Source: a bacterium (lineage in GTDB: Bacteria > Sysuimicrobiota > Sysuimicrobiia > Sysuimicrobiales > Humicultoraceae). Taken from it: a stretch of DNA of 25,350 nucleotides. The stretch spans positions 1 to 25,350 of the forward strand of contig JBGQGY010000040.1 of assembly GCA_041497675.1 (NCBI GenBank), given 5' to 3'. This document shows, piece after piece, positions 1 to 8,621 of the stretch (within the stretch, counting starts at the first letter, position 1; the number at the start of each line of letters is the position of its first letter). The notes under the pieces are model-generated. The model saw only the letters and a list, made by a program, of their open reading frames with translations. It had not been told where the DNA came from and did not search any database. Both the position numbers and the translations under genes were made by a program.

Positions 1-10
1 AAATATCCCG

Positions 11-559
11 CTACTTGAGCGGCGAGGCAGCGTAGATCCTGCTCGTGGCCTCAGCGATTCGAGGGTGTTCGACCGCGATCCTCAACTTGAGGAGATGTAG
101 CACGGCCAGGAAGTCTCTAACCTCGGACATCGTGCCTTCAGGACCGGTAAGGATTTCGAAAAACTGTTTGCGGGCCTCTCCCGCATACTCCGAAGCGGTC
201 TTTCTCGAGGCAACCTCTTCGAGGTGATTGACGATTCGCTCGAACTCGTCGTGATTCAGCCAGACCCCCTGGCACTGATCGCACCTGTCGACAATGACTT
301 GAGACGGCGCATATTCGAGAGACGTCATGACCACCATACACTTCGGGCAATTGCGGCCTGAAGGCTTGACCTCGAAGGGCTTGGCCTCTTCGCCGAAGAG
401 ATCGAAATCGAGCCAGCGCAGGTTGTCGTCCGTTCGGTCCTTGGCCACCCGTAGCTGATCCCGGTCGAACCACCGTCCCCGGCACTTGGAACACTCGTCG
501 ATGCGCACACCGTGGAAATCAGTCTCCTGGAGGGCGCTCGAGCAGTCTGGACATTTCAC
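11..559 (-). CDS. Protein with two tandem zf-TFIIB-like zinc-ribbon domains plus a helical C-terminus
   Basis: Two copies of CPxC...(I/V)DxCxxCxGxW(F/L)(D/N)xx(Q/E): CPDC..IDECSKCRGRWFDRDQL and CPKC..VDRCDQCQGVWLNHDEF. The GTG at 559 (MKCPDC) has GAGGT 7 nt upstream; the ORF track uses the GTG at 568. Confidence 0.8.
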   Translation of the reverse strand: MKCPDCSSALQETDFHGVRIDECSKCRGRWFDRDQLRVAKDRTDDNLRWLDFDLFGEEAKPFEVKPSGRNCPKCMVVMTSLEYAPSQVIVDRCDQCQGVWLNHDEFERIVNHLEEVASRKTASEYAGEARKQFFEILTGPEGTMSEVRDFLAVLHLLKLRIAVEHPRIAEATSRIYAASPLK

Positions 560-607
560 GGATGCCACCTCAGTGGTAGCGCTTTAGGAGCATTTCTGCG
601 CCAATGA

Positions 608-1447
608 TCATCGTTCCCGCTGCAAGCCGTCACTCAGCAGGTTTGCGCCGATCACCAGCAGGGCAATCGCCATGCCGGGGAATACGGTATTCCACCACGC
701 GATGCTCTGCACCGCGCGTCCTTCACTCACCATACTGCCCCAGGCCGGTATCGGCGGTTGGACGCCCAACCCCAGGTAGCTCAGCGCCGCCTCCGCCAGA
801 ATCACATTCGACATGTTCACCGCGCCCACCACCAGCAGCGGCGGTAAGATCGACGGGAGCACATGCCGCAGCAAGACGCGCCCCTCGGCGGCGCCCAGCG
901 CCCGCGCGGCCTGCACGAACTCACGTTCACGAACCGACAGCGTATTCGCCCTCGCGATGCGCGCATACTGCACCCACGTAACAAAGGCCAACACCACGAT
1001 CAGCTTCGGCAGGCTTTGTCCCAGGACCGCCATGATGGCGATCGCGATGAACACCGGCGGAAACGACAACTGGATGTCAATCAGCCGGCCAATGACCCGA
1101 TCGGTCCACCGACCAAAGTAGCCTGCCGCCAGGCCGAGGGCGGTGCCCAGCCCGCCGCCCAGCAGCACCGAGAGCAGCGCGACGGCCATCGACACGCGCG
1201 CGCCAAACATCAACCGGGACAGCAGATCGCGCCCCAGCCGGTCGGCGCCCAGCGGATACGACCAGTCCCCGCTCCGCCAGGCCGGCGGCTGCAGCGACCT
1301 GATCAAGTCCTGATCGGCATAGCCGTGCGGCGTCAACCACGGCGCAAAGATCGCCACCAGTAGCACGACCCCGACGATCGCCGCGCCCACGTGAAACTGC
1401 GGCGGCCGCCGCTGGCGACGCTTGGGGGCGGCCGGTTCAACGACCAT
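608..1447 (-). CDS. Opp/Dpp-family ABC transporter permease (DppC/OppC-like)
   Basis: LGADRLGRDLLSRLMFGARVS, EAA motif REFVQAARALGA, RHVLP, EAALSYLGLGVQPPIPAWG. Overlaps the upstream permease by 11 nt. Confidence 0.93.
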   Translation of the reverse strand: MVVEPAAPKRRQRRPPQFHVGAAIVGVVLLVAIFAPWLTPHGYADQDLIRSLQPPAWRSGDWSYPLGADRLGRDLLSRLMFGARVSMAVALLSVLLGGGLGTALGLAAGYFGRWTDRVIGRLIDIQLSFPPVFIAIAIMAVLGQSLPKLIVVLAFVTWVQYARIARANTLSVREREFVQAARALGAAEGRVLLRHVLPSILPPLLVVGAVNMSNVILAEAALSYLGLGVQPPIPAWGSMVSEGRAVQSIAWWNTVFPGMAIALLVIGANLLSDGLQRER

Positions 1448-2363
1448 GATCGTACCGGATGCGCGGGTCCAGGTAGAGATACAGCACGTCCACCAACAGA
1501 TTGATCAAGACAAACGCCGTGCCCACGACCAGCACGACGGCGCGCACCAGCGGCAGGTCGCGTGTCTGAATCCCCTGCAGCATCAACCAGCCCACGCCCG
1601 GCCAGGCGAAGACCGCTTCCACCACGACCGACCCGCCCAGCAGGTTGCCGACCTGCAGCCCCAACACGGTCACCGTCGAGATCATCGCGTTGCGCAGGGC
1701 GTGGCGCGTGAGCACGGTCCGCTCGCTCAGACCCTTGGCGCGTGCGGTCCGCACGAAATCCTGTTTCAAGACGGCGTTGACGTCAGCGCGCACGAGCCGC
1801 GTGATCAAACCGGTCGTGTACACCGACAGCGTCAGCGCGGGCAGCACGAGGTGCCACCACGACTCGAAACCCGACGACGGGAGCAGCCGCAGTCGGTCGG
1901 CAAAGAGCAGGATCAGCAGCACACCGAGCCAGAACGACGGCAGGCTGACGAAGATGAACGTGGCCAGCGAGACGATCCAGTCGGCCGCGCTCCCGGCGCG
2001 AGAGCCGATCCACACGCCGAGGGGGATTCCGGCCGCGATCGTGACGCCCACCGCCGCCAGCGCCAGCAGCGCCGTTGCGGGCACACGCTGCAGCACCAGC
2101 GTCATGGCCGGCTGTTGGAAGCGAAACGATTCACCCAGATCGCCGCGGACCGCGCGCCGCAGGAAGTTCCAGTACTGCTCGGGGATCGACCGATCGAGAC
2201 CGTACAGGCGCCGGACGCGTTCGATGTCTTCGGGTTTCGCGTCGAGCGGCGTGAGCAGCCGGATGGGATCGCCACTCAGATGGATGAGCAAGAAGACGAG
2301 CACGCTGACAGCGAGCAGCACACCAAGCAGATGCGAGACTCGCTGCGCGAAGAACCGGCCCAC
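1437..2363 (-). CDS. Opp/Dpp-family ABC transporter permease (DppB/OppB-like)
   Basis: GDP, YGLDRS, GDLGES, DFVRTARAKGL, HALRNA, VEAVFAWPGVG and C-terminal DPRIR. Confidence 0.93.
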   Translation of the reverse strand: MGRFFAQRVSHLLGVLLAVSVLVFLLIHLSGDPIRLLTPLDAKPEDIERVRRLYGLDRSIPEQYWNFLRRAVRGDLGESFRFQQPAMTLVLQRVPATALLALAAVGVTIAAGIPLGVWIGSRAGSAADWIVSLATFIFVSLPSFWLGVLLILLFADRLRLLPSSGFESWWHLVLPALTLSVYTTGLITRLVRADVNAVLKQDFVRTARAKGLSERTVLTRHALRNAMISTVTVLGLQVGNLLGGSVVVEAVFAWPGVGWLMLQGIQTRDLPLVRAVVLVVGTAFVLINLLVDVLYLYLDPRIRYDHGR

Positions 2364-2375
2364 GGGATGTTGAAA

Positions 2376-3950
2376 CTAGACCAGGCTGATGCCTCCCAGA
2401 CGGATGATTCCGTCTGTATGAGCGGACCAACCCTTGACCTTCTTTTGCAAAGCGTAGACGCCTTGCTGGTTCCAGAGGTAGACCCAGGGCGCCTCACGGT
2501 AGAGGATCTGGTTCAGCCGCTTGTACAGGTCGTTGCGGCGGTTCGCGTCGAGCGTCTTCACGGCGTCCTGGATCAGCCGGTTGGCTTCCTCGTTGTGGTA
2601 GCCCTGCCACGCCGCGCCTTTGCGCTCCGAATCGAAGTTGATGCTGGTCGTCGCGTCGAGCAGCACCCCGACCTGCTGGAAGAAGAACGCGTCGTGCGTC
2701 TTGCCCAACACGCCCTGGACAAACGGGCTCCAGTCCATGACCTGCACGCGCGTGCGCACACCGACCCTCGACCACATGCCGGCAATGGCTTCGCTGGCCA
2801 GCCGGTCGTTGAGGTAGCGGCCTTCGGGCGTCATCAACGTGACCTCGAACCCGTCGCGGAACCCCGCCTCCGAGAGCAACTGCCGCGCCCGGTCGACATC
2901 GTAGGCGTACGGGCGCAGGCTGTCGTCGTACCCAGGGATGCCCGGACCAAAGGCGCTGGCCAGCCGGTAGGCGGAGCCGCGCATCACCGCGCGGATCAAC
3001 GTGTCGACGTCGGTGGCGTGATTCATGGCCTGGCGGACGCGCGCGTCCTGGAAGGCTCGGACCTTCAGGGAATTGAGCACGATGATTTGCGATGCGAGTT
3101 GCCGGAAGGCGACGATCTCGACGTTCTTCGTGGCCTCCAATTCAGGAATCTGGATCGGGTCGACCGGTGTGATCAGGTGCGCCGCCCCGGTCTTCAGCTC
3201 CACCAGCCGCGTGGCCGCCTCGGGCACGGGCCGCCAGACCAGGCGCCGGACTTTCGGCTGACCGCTGAAGTGCGGCCGGTCGAAGAAATCGAGGACCATA
3301 CGCTGGTTGGGGATCCACTCGGTGAACTTGTACGGCCCGGTGCCGATCGCGCGCTTCGTCGGGTCGACGTCCCCGCCGGTGATCGCCTTGGGCAGGATCT
3401 CGCCGTACAGGGACAGCACCTCGGCCAGCAGCGCAAACGGTCCGTCGGTGTGGATGCGGACGGTCAGCGGGTTGACCACCTCGACGTCTTTCACGGGCCG
3501 GAGTTGTCCCGCATAGACGTTGCGGATGTTGGGGTTCTTGAATCGGGTGATCGTGTCACGCACGTGCTCGGCGCCGAACTTCTCGCCGTTGTGGAAGAAG
3601 ACGTTGTCGCGCAATTTGAGTTCCCACGTCGTCTCGTTGACGACCCGGTACCCCGTTGCCAGCGCGGGGATGATTTTCATATCGGGCGAGCGTTCGAGCA
3701 GTTTGTCGTACATCGCCCACATCATGCCCTTCGAGGCGCCCGAGGTCGTCACGTGCGGGTCGAGTGACTCGGCGTCGACCCCCTGCACAATTAGCAAGTT
3801 GCCGATCGGGGTCAGCGGGCCCGCGGGGCCTGCGAAGGCACGGGCGCCGAACAACCCGGTGGCGGCGCCGGTGCCGGCGAGTGCGATCCCGGTGCCGGTC
3901 AGGGCCGCGTGCTGTAAGAACTCCCGACGCGTGAGGTGTGTCACGATCAT
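2376..3950 (-). CDS. ABC transporter substrate-binding protein, family 5, with Tat signal peptide
   Basis: Twin-arginine LTRREFLQ followed by a hydrophobic stretch; SLDPH, LRDNVFFHNGEKF, IGTGPYKF, DARVRQAMNHA. Confidence 0.93.
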   Translation of the reverse strand: MIVTHLTRREFLQHAALTGTGIALAGTGAATGLFGARAFAGPAGPLTPIGNLLIVQGVDAESLDPHVTTSGASKGMMWAMYDKLLERSPDMKIIPALATGYRVVNETTWELKLRDNVFFHNGEKFGAEHVRDTITRFKNPNIRNVYAGQLRPVKDVEVVNPLTVRIHTDGPFALLAEVLSLYGEILPKAITGGDVDPTKRAIGTGPYKFTEWIPNQRMVLDFFDRPHFSGQPKVRRLVWRPVPEAATRLVELKTGAAHLITPVDPIQIPELEATKNVEIVAFRQLASQIIVLNSLKVRAFQDARVRQAMNHATDVDTLIRAVMRGSAYRLASAFGPGIPGYDDSLRPYAYDVDRARQLLSEAGFRDGFEVTLMTPEGRYLNDRLASEAIAGMWSRVGVRTRVQVMDWSPFVQGVLGKTHDAFFFQQVGVLLDATTSINFDSERKGAAWQGYHNEEANRLIQDAVKTLDANRRNDLYKRLNQILYREAPWVYLWNQQGVYALQKKVKGWSAHTDGIIRLGGISLV

Positions 3951-4666
3951 CCCCCCTGGCGAGTGGTCTTGCCTGCTGATCGCGGTACGTACTCGAAGTC
4001 GCAGTGATCATCGCCCAACCCGATTGCCGTCGGGCGGACAAGGCGATGTGTCGGATGGTGGTCCATGAAGCGCTCGTCCGTCTCGCAAAAGAACGGGATC
4101 AGTTCGGGCGCCCCGGCGGCCTGCATCGCGCGCACCCAGTTGCACCCGGTGATGTGGAAGCGGACGTACTCGGGTGTGTAGGCGAGCAAGTGACCCTGGC
4201 ACGAGAAGAAACTCATTGCCACGTCGAACTGTCGTGTCAGTTCCTCTTGGGTCGCCTGGAACCCCGGCGGCGGCGGGCTGGTCAGTTGCAGGCCCTTGCC
4301 CCCGGCGTCCGCCGGCTCGGGCTCGATCGGCTGGTGCATGGCGGGTCTCCCGCCGGAAGACTGTCGCTGAGCTACCGCGTCATGCGCGTGGCTGGTCACC
4401 CCGGACTCGACGATGGCCCGCCGGGCGACGCGCAGGGCGGTCTCGCGATCGGCACGCGCGAGCACGGCTCGGTAGAGGTCGACAAACGGTTGCAATTCTT
4501 CCGTGAGCGCCTCGAGATCCCGCGGTCCGGCGGGCAGCATGTCCAACAGACCCGCGATGCCGGTCTCGCGCAGCACCGCGTCGGCCACGGTGTCACCCAA
4601 CACCTCTGTGATGGCCTCGCGGCAGACGGCCTTCTGCACCCTATTGGGACGCACGGCACCGCCCAT
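3947..4666 (-). CDS. L-2-amino-thiazoline-4-carboxylate (ATC) hydrolase-domain protein (V4R-like Cys motif)
   Basis: C-terminal FHITGCNW...PELIPFFCETDE...LVRPTAIGLGDDHCDF matches the ATC_hydrolase pattern. ATGA overlap with the SBP start at 3947-3950. Confidence 0.72.
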   Translation of the reverse strand: MGGAVRPNRVQKAVCREAITEVLGDTVADAVLRETGIAGLLDMLPAGPRDLEALTEELQPFVDLYRAVLARADRETALRVARRAIVESGVTSHAHDAVAQRQSSGGRPAMHQPIEPEPADAGGKGLQLTSPPPPGFQATQEELTRQFDVAMSFFSCQGHLLAYTPEYVRFHITGCNWVRAMQAAGAPELIPFFCETDERFMDHHPTHRLVRPTAIGLGDDHCDFEYVPRSAGKTTRQGG

Positions 4667-4767
4667 AGTGCCCAGGAATTCGGTGGGGCGCCCGCCCTAC
4701 CCTGTAGCCGGAAGGCTCTCTCCTGGATGCGGGATTCGACCACGTTGGTCCCGTATGTACAAGCACG

Positions 4768-5781
4768 ATGATCGCAACGCGACTGCGTTTTGGCATTCGC
4801 TTCAACAGCGCCGCCGGACCGATCCGCGACGTCGTGCGCTGGGCGCAACTGGCCGAATCGCTAGGCTTCGACGATCTCTGGTATTGCCAGGACCTTATGC
4901 AGCGCGACGCCTGGGTGGCCCTGACCGCCGTTGCGTCTGCGACGAAGCGCATCCGCGTCGGCACCTGCATCGCTAACCCGTTCTCGTCCAGCCCTGCCGA
5001 GCTCGCCATGCGCGCGGCCACCCTGCAGGAGTACAGTGAAGGCCGCTTTGTGCTGGGGATCGGGCCGGGCGATCCGCCGGTGCTGGATTGGGTGGGTCTG
5101 CGCCAGCGCCGCCCGCTGACGGGGCTACGCGAGGCAGTCCGTGTGCTGCGCGCGTTACTGCGTGGCGACGCCGCGCTGTTCGACGGCGCGATCTTCAAGC
5201 GATGGTCGCGCGATGCGCGGCTGCGCTTCCCAATCCCGGCGGTGCCGGTGCCCATCTATGTTGGCGGGCAGGGCCCAAAGGTGTTGGAATTCATGGGCGA
5301 GGCGGGCGACGGCGGGCTGCCGATCGTCTTTCCGCCCGAAACACTAGAGGGCGTGATGACGCACGTGCGGGCCGGCGCCGCGCGAACGGGTCGATCGTTG
5401 GAGGGCTTCGATCTGGCGGCCTGCGTCTGGTGGTCGATTGGCGAAACGCCCGCTCAAGCACAAGAAGCGTTGCGACCGCTCATCGCCTACTATGGCCCGT
5501 CGCTGCGCGCCGAGACCCTGGCGCCCATTGGTCTTGCGCCTGCGGACTTCGAGCAAATCCGTGCCGCCCTCGGTTCGGGCGACACGCGCAAAGCCGAGGC
5601 GCTCGTGACGCCGCCGATGTTTCGCCTCGCGATCTCCGGTGAGCCCGATCAGGTGGTCGAGCGGGTCAAGTGGCTGCAGGCGCGCGGCGCGACGCAGATC
5701 AACATCGGCCCGCCGTTGGGGCTCGACAAGGAACGCGCCCTGCGTCTTACGGCGGAACAGGTGTTCGCGAGAGTCCTCTAG
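4768..5781 (+). CDS. LLM-class flavin/F420-dependent oxidoreductase (Mer-like)
   Basis: AESLGFDDLW, ATKRIRVGTCIANP, SEGRFVLGIGPGD, PIYVGGQGPK; the C-terminal IGPPLGLDKERAL resembles Mer. Confidence 0.88.
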   Translation: MIATRLRFGIRFNSAAGPIRDVVRWAQLAESLGFDDLWYCQDLMQRDAWVALTAVASATKRIRVGTCIANPFSSSPAELAMRAATLQEYSEGRFVLGIGPGDPPVLDWVGLRQRRPLTGLREAVRVLRALLRGDAALFDGAIFKRWSRDARLRFPIPAVPVPIYVGGQGPKVLEFMGEAGDGGLPIVFPPETLEGVMTHVRAGAARTGRSLEGFDLAACVWWSIGETPAQAQEALRPLIAYYGPSLRAETLAPIGLAPADFEQIRAALGSGDTRKAEALVTPPMFRLAISGEPDQVVERVKWLQARGATQINIGPPLGLDKERALRLTAEQVFARVL

Positions 5782-5832
5782 CGTCTACGCGCCTTCCAGT
5801 TGGGTCTTGGCGCGCGGCACGGATGTGGTCGC

Positions 5833-5859
5833 GGGTCGTTCGTTGCTTGTGGACGACCC
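5833..5859. terminator. Hairpin between convergent genes; possible terminator
   Basis: GGGTCGTTCG-ttgcttg-TGGACGACCC forms a 10-bp stem with two G:U pairs on the + strand. There is no U-tract. Confidence 0.35.
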
Positions 5860-5865
5860 TCAGCC

Positions 5866-6840
5866 TCAGTCGATACGCAGACTCTCCGCCATCACCAAAC
5901 AGTGGCCCTGTGTCCACACGTCTGCGGCGCCAAGCCGGTCTCGCCACTTCGGTATGGTCATATCGGCACAGGCCTTGGCGACCGCCGTGAAGTACCTGTC
6001 AAACAGCAACCACTGATTCTCAAACCCCGTCTCTTTGGCAATGGCCATGAAGTCCACGGTCTTGAGGACCTTACCCGCGTTCGCCCTGACGTCCTCGATG
6101 TACTCCATCTGCGTCTTGACGTCCTGACGGGTCCCAAGACGGGTCAGGTGCCCGCCAAGAAAGGTCTCGAACGGGTAGCTCAGCGCCTGCCGGTGGGCGG
6201 CGATAAAGCCCGGGACGTCCTTGGCCAGCGCCAGATTCATGAACGGCACCCAGCCGGGAAAGATGATGTCGACCAGCATCAGGACTTTCTGCCGCGGCGC
6301 CCAGATGAAGATGTTGCCCGGCTCATGATTGACGCCCTTGTAGTCGAGGACAAGCGTTTGCGTACCGACTTTGAGTGTGTAGGTCTTCGTGAACGTGACC
6401 GTCGGCGCTGGACGATTGGGGTCTTTCGACCGCGCAAGCAGCTCTGCCGTCTCTCGGTGCGCGATGATCGTGACGCCCTTGGGGAAGATGCTCGCCGCGC
6501 CGATGTGATCAGCGTGCGCGTGGCTGTAGATCACATGCGTGACCCGCTCCTTGGTCACGTCGGCGATCGCCTTGAGATACTTTGGCCCCAGATTCGGCGG
6601 GGCATCGACCGCGATGACGCCCTTGCCGGTCGTGAGGAACATGACCTGGTAGCTTCCGTCGGTGACCCAGTACAGACCACCGTTGATCTCCCGTACGAGG
6701 TAGCCTTTGTCTTGGGGAATCGCCGGGCCCCGGGCGATCGCCGGGATGGGCGCAACGTCACTCGGGGCCGGGGCCCCACGCAGGCCGGACGTCATCAGCA
6801 GGATGAAGCTCAAGATCAGCACACCAAGCAAGACACGCAT
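5866..6840 (-). CDS. Secreted metallo-beta-lactamase-fold hydrolase
   Basis: N-terminal signal peptide (MRVLLGVLILSFILL...); VDAPP, YSHAHADHIG (HxHxDH), NHEPGN, VDII, GGH. Confidence 0.88.
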   Translation of the reverse strand: MRVLLGVLILSFILLMTSGLRGAPAPSDVAPIPAIARGPAIPQDKGYLVREINGGLYWVTDGSYQVMFLTTGKGVIAVDAPPNLGPKYLKAIADVTKERVTHVIYSHAHADHIGAASIFPKGVTIIAHRETAELLARSKDPNRPAPTVTFTKTYTLKVGTQTLVLDYKGVNHEPGNIFIWAPRQKVLMLVDIIFPGWVPFMNLALAKDVPGFIAAHRQALSYPFETFLGGHLTRLGTRQDVKTQMEYIEDVRANAGKVLKTVDFMAIAKETGFENQWLLFDRYFTAVAKACADMTIPKWRDRLGAADVWTQGHCLVMAESLRID

Positions 6841-6894
6841 GCAACACCCCCGGTAGTGGCTACATTGAATTGCCTCTGTGAACGGCCGGGCATG

Positions 6895-7944
6895 TCACGG
6901 CATTCCCGTCTTGACGACCTCCTCTGTCAAGTACGCGATCAGCAACTCCACCGTCTGTTCCAGATCACGCAGGTGCACCATCTCAAAGGCGCTGTGAGTG
7001 TATCGCGTCGGGTACGTGACCAGCGCCGCCGGGACGCCGTGCTGCATGAACGCGGCGGCGTCGCTGGAGTACCGGCTGAAGACGAGTGGCTGCACCGGAA
7101 TGCCGCGGCGATCGCCGGCGCGGATCAGACCATCGGTGATGCGCCGGTCGTAGTGCACGCGAATGTCTTTGTACCCCACAGCCGGCCCTCCGCCGAGCCT
7201 GGCAGGAAAACGCTCGAACGGGACTGTCGGGATGTCCGCGACCAGTCCAACGTCCAGCGCGACGGCGCCGTCAAACCCGGCCGCGGCGGTGGCGGCGCCC
7301 ACAAGACCAATCTCCTCCTGCACCGTGGACACGAGGTGCAGCTCGTACCGAAGCGCGCCGCAGTCGACTCGGCGGGCGACTTCTGTCGCGATCGCCAGCG
7401 CCGCCCGATCGTCCATCGCCTTGCCAACCACAAACTCGCCCAGCCGGCGGGTCGTTACGTCGAAAATCACCGGGGCGCCGATGCCAACGCCGCTCTTCGT
7501 GACTGCCGCTTTTGTCGTCAGACCCAGATCCACAAAGATCTCGTGCCAGCCGAGCCGATCACGCTGCCGCTCTTCGTCTGTCAGAATATGCCCGCTCGCG
7601 CGCGCGACGATGCCCGGAACGGGCCCATCGCGTCCGAGGACATTCACGGGTTGAGCGATCGCGAGAGGATTCGGCATCGTATTCGTCAGCTCGCCCTGCC
7701 CCGTGGACACCCATAAGAAGCCATCCTCGGTCACGGCGCGTACGACCAGGCAGATCTCGTCGGCGTGCGCCGCGATCAGAAACTTCGGCCCCTTCCCACC
7801 GATCTGCGCGTGCACGTTCCCGATCGGTGTCGTCCAAACCCGAGTCGCGAGCGGTTCCCACAGCTCGCGCATGACGTTCTGGACCGGCCCTTCCATCCCG
7901 GTCGGACCCGGGAGATCACACAAACGCTTGACCAGTTCAAACAT
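6895..7944 (-). CDS. M42-family (TET-like) metallo-aminopeptidase
   Basis: AAHADEI, GKAMDDRA, VQEEIGLVGA, LDVG and RYTHS give the full set of M42 metal and catalytic motifs; GAGGG RBS upstream. Confidence 0.9.
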   Translation of the reverse strand: MFELVKRLCDLPGPTGMEGPVQNVMRELWEPLATRVWTTPIGNVHAQIGGKGPKFLIAAHADEICLVVRAVTEDGFLWVSTGQGELTNTMPNPLAIAQPVNVLGRDGPVPGIVARASGHILTDEERQRDRLGWHEIFVDLGLTTKAAVTKSGVGIGAPVIFDVTTRRLGEFVVGKAMDDRAALAIATEVARRVDCGALRYELHLVSTVQEEIGLVGAATAAAGFDGAVALDVGLVADIPTVPFERFPARLGGGPAVGYKDIRVHYDRRITDGLIRAGDRRGIPVQPLVFSRYSSDAAAFMQHGVPAALVTYPTRYTHSAFEMVHLRDLEQTVELLIAYLTEEVVKTGMP

Positions 7945-8010
7945 GGCATCATCCCTCTCGCGATCACCGTGAGGAAGATACGCGTTCGGCGGTGTCAGGC
8001 CGTATTCGGA

Positions 8011-8268
8011 TCAGCGATAGACCTCGCGGCGGTGTCCAATCTTGAACACCACCACGATGTGCTCCGGATCGATTATCACATACACGACCCGGTAGTCGCC
8101 CTGGCGAATCCTGTACCGGTCCTGACCGGACAGCTTTTCCGCCCCTTCCGGACGGGGTTCCGGCGATAGTCCGTGGATTCTCTTGATAATTCGGAGGCGG
8201 TCTTTCCTCGGGACCGCCTCGAGTTCTCTGACCGCGGTGGGCTTGATAAGGATCTTATAGTTTGCCAC
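8011..8268 (-). CDS. relE: Type II toxin, RelE/ParE superfamily
   Basis: 85 aa from GTG 8268: ANYKILIKPTAVREL...PRPEGAEKLSGQDRYRIRQGDYRVVY...KIGHRREVYR. Overlaps the antitoxin 3' end. Confidence 0.92.
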   Translation of the reverse strand: MANYKILIKPTAVRELEAVPRKDRLRIIKRIHGLSPEPRPEGAEKLSGQDRYRIRQGDYRVVYVIIDPEHIVVVFKIGHRREVYR

Positions 8269-8488
8269 GCTTCTTGAGGTCCGCCAGCACGGCTTCGAAT
8301 GCAAGGTTGGGTTCTCTCGCCCGCGTCTCAAACGCCCCAAGATCCTCGGCGTCCTCGAGGAGGGTCTGCCTAATGGCCTGGTTCACGAGATCTGACACTG
8401 ATCGGTCGGTCTGGGCCGCTTTCACCCGCAACGCCCGGTGCAGGTGGGGCTCAAGATAGACGGTCGCTCGTCTGCTGGGAGTGCGCAT
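8255..8488 (-). CDS. Ribbon-helix-helix (CopG-like) antitoxin
   Basis: RATVYLEPHLHRALRVKAA..RSVSDLVNQAIR is an RHH pattern, followed by an acidic tail (EDAEDL..FE). It lies directly upstream of relE. Start 8488 is preferred because the ATG at 8494 abuts the -10 box. Confidence 0.88.
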   Translation of the reverse strand: MRTPSRRATVYLEPHLHRALRVKAAQTDRSVSDLVNQAIRQTLLEDAEDLGAFETRAREPNLAFEAVLADLKKRGKL

Positions 8489-8494
8489 ACTCAT

Positions 8495-8523
8495 ACAGTA
8501 GCATTACAACGTTTTAGCGTCAA
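8495..8523 (-). promoter_or_regulatory. Sigma70-type promoter of the TA operon, overlapped by probable operator repeats
   Basis: Minus strand reads TTGACG-17 nt-TACTGT with an extended TG, 6 nt upstream of ATG 8488. ACGT-like cores recur every 8 bp across 8500-8539. Confidence 0.72.
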
Positions 8524-8621
8524 GACGTTCTAACGTGAGGGGTCGCCGGTCCCGGCCGCGAAGACTATCTCTGCGGCGGCGGCGACGACGAAACGCGCAG
8601 CGGATGCGGAGGGCTGGACCA

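Noticed and set aside
1422..3767. 781-aa plus-strand ORF
   Set aside because: Antisense shadow of dppB and the SBP, typical of high-GC codon bias; no recognisable motifs.
4676..4705. SigH-like promoter on the minus strand (CAGGG-18 nt-GAATT)
   Set aside because: A single imperfect match; the sigma factor repertoire of the host is unknown.
5866..6840. Beta-lactam resistance gene
   Set aside because: HxHxDH is shared by the whole MBL superfamily; I see no specific similarity to B1-B3 beta-lactamases.
5800..7716. 638-aa plus-strand ORF
   Set aside because: Antisense to the well-supported MBL and M42 genes.
8542..8586. GC-rich imperfect hairpin (GTCGCCG...CGGCGAC) upstream of the LLM gene, considered as a riboswitch or ncRNA
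   Set aside because: Short, easily expected by chance at this GC content, and matches no RNA motif I recognise.
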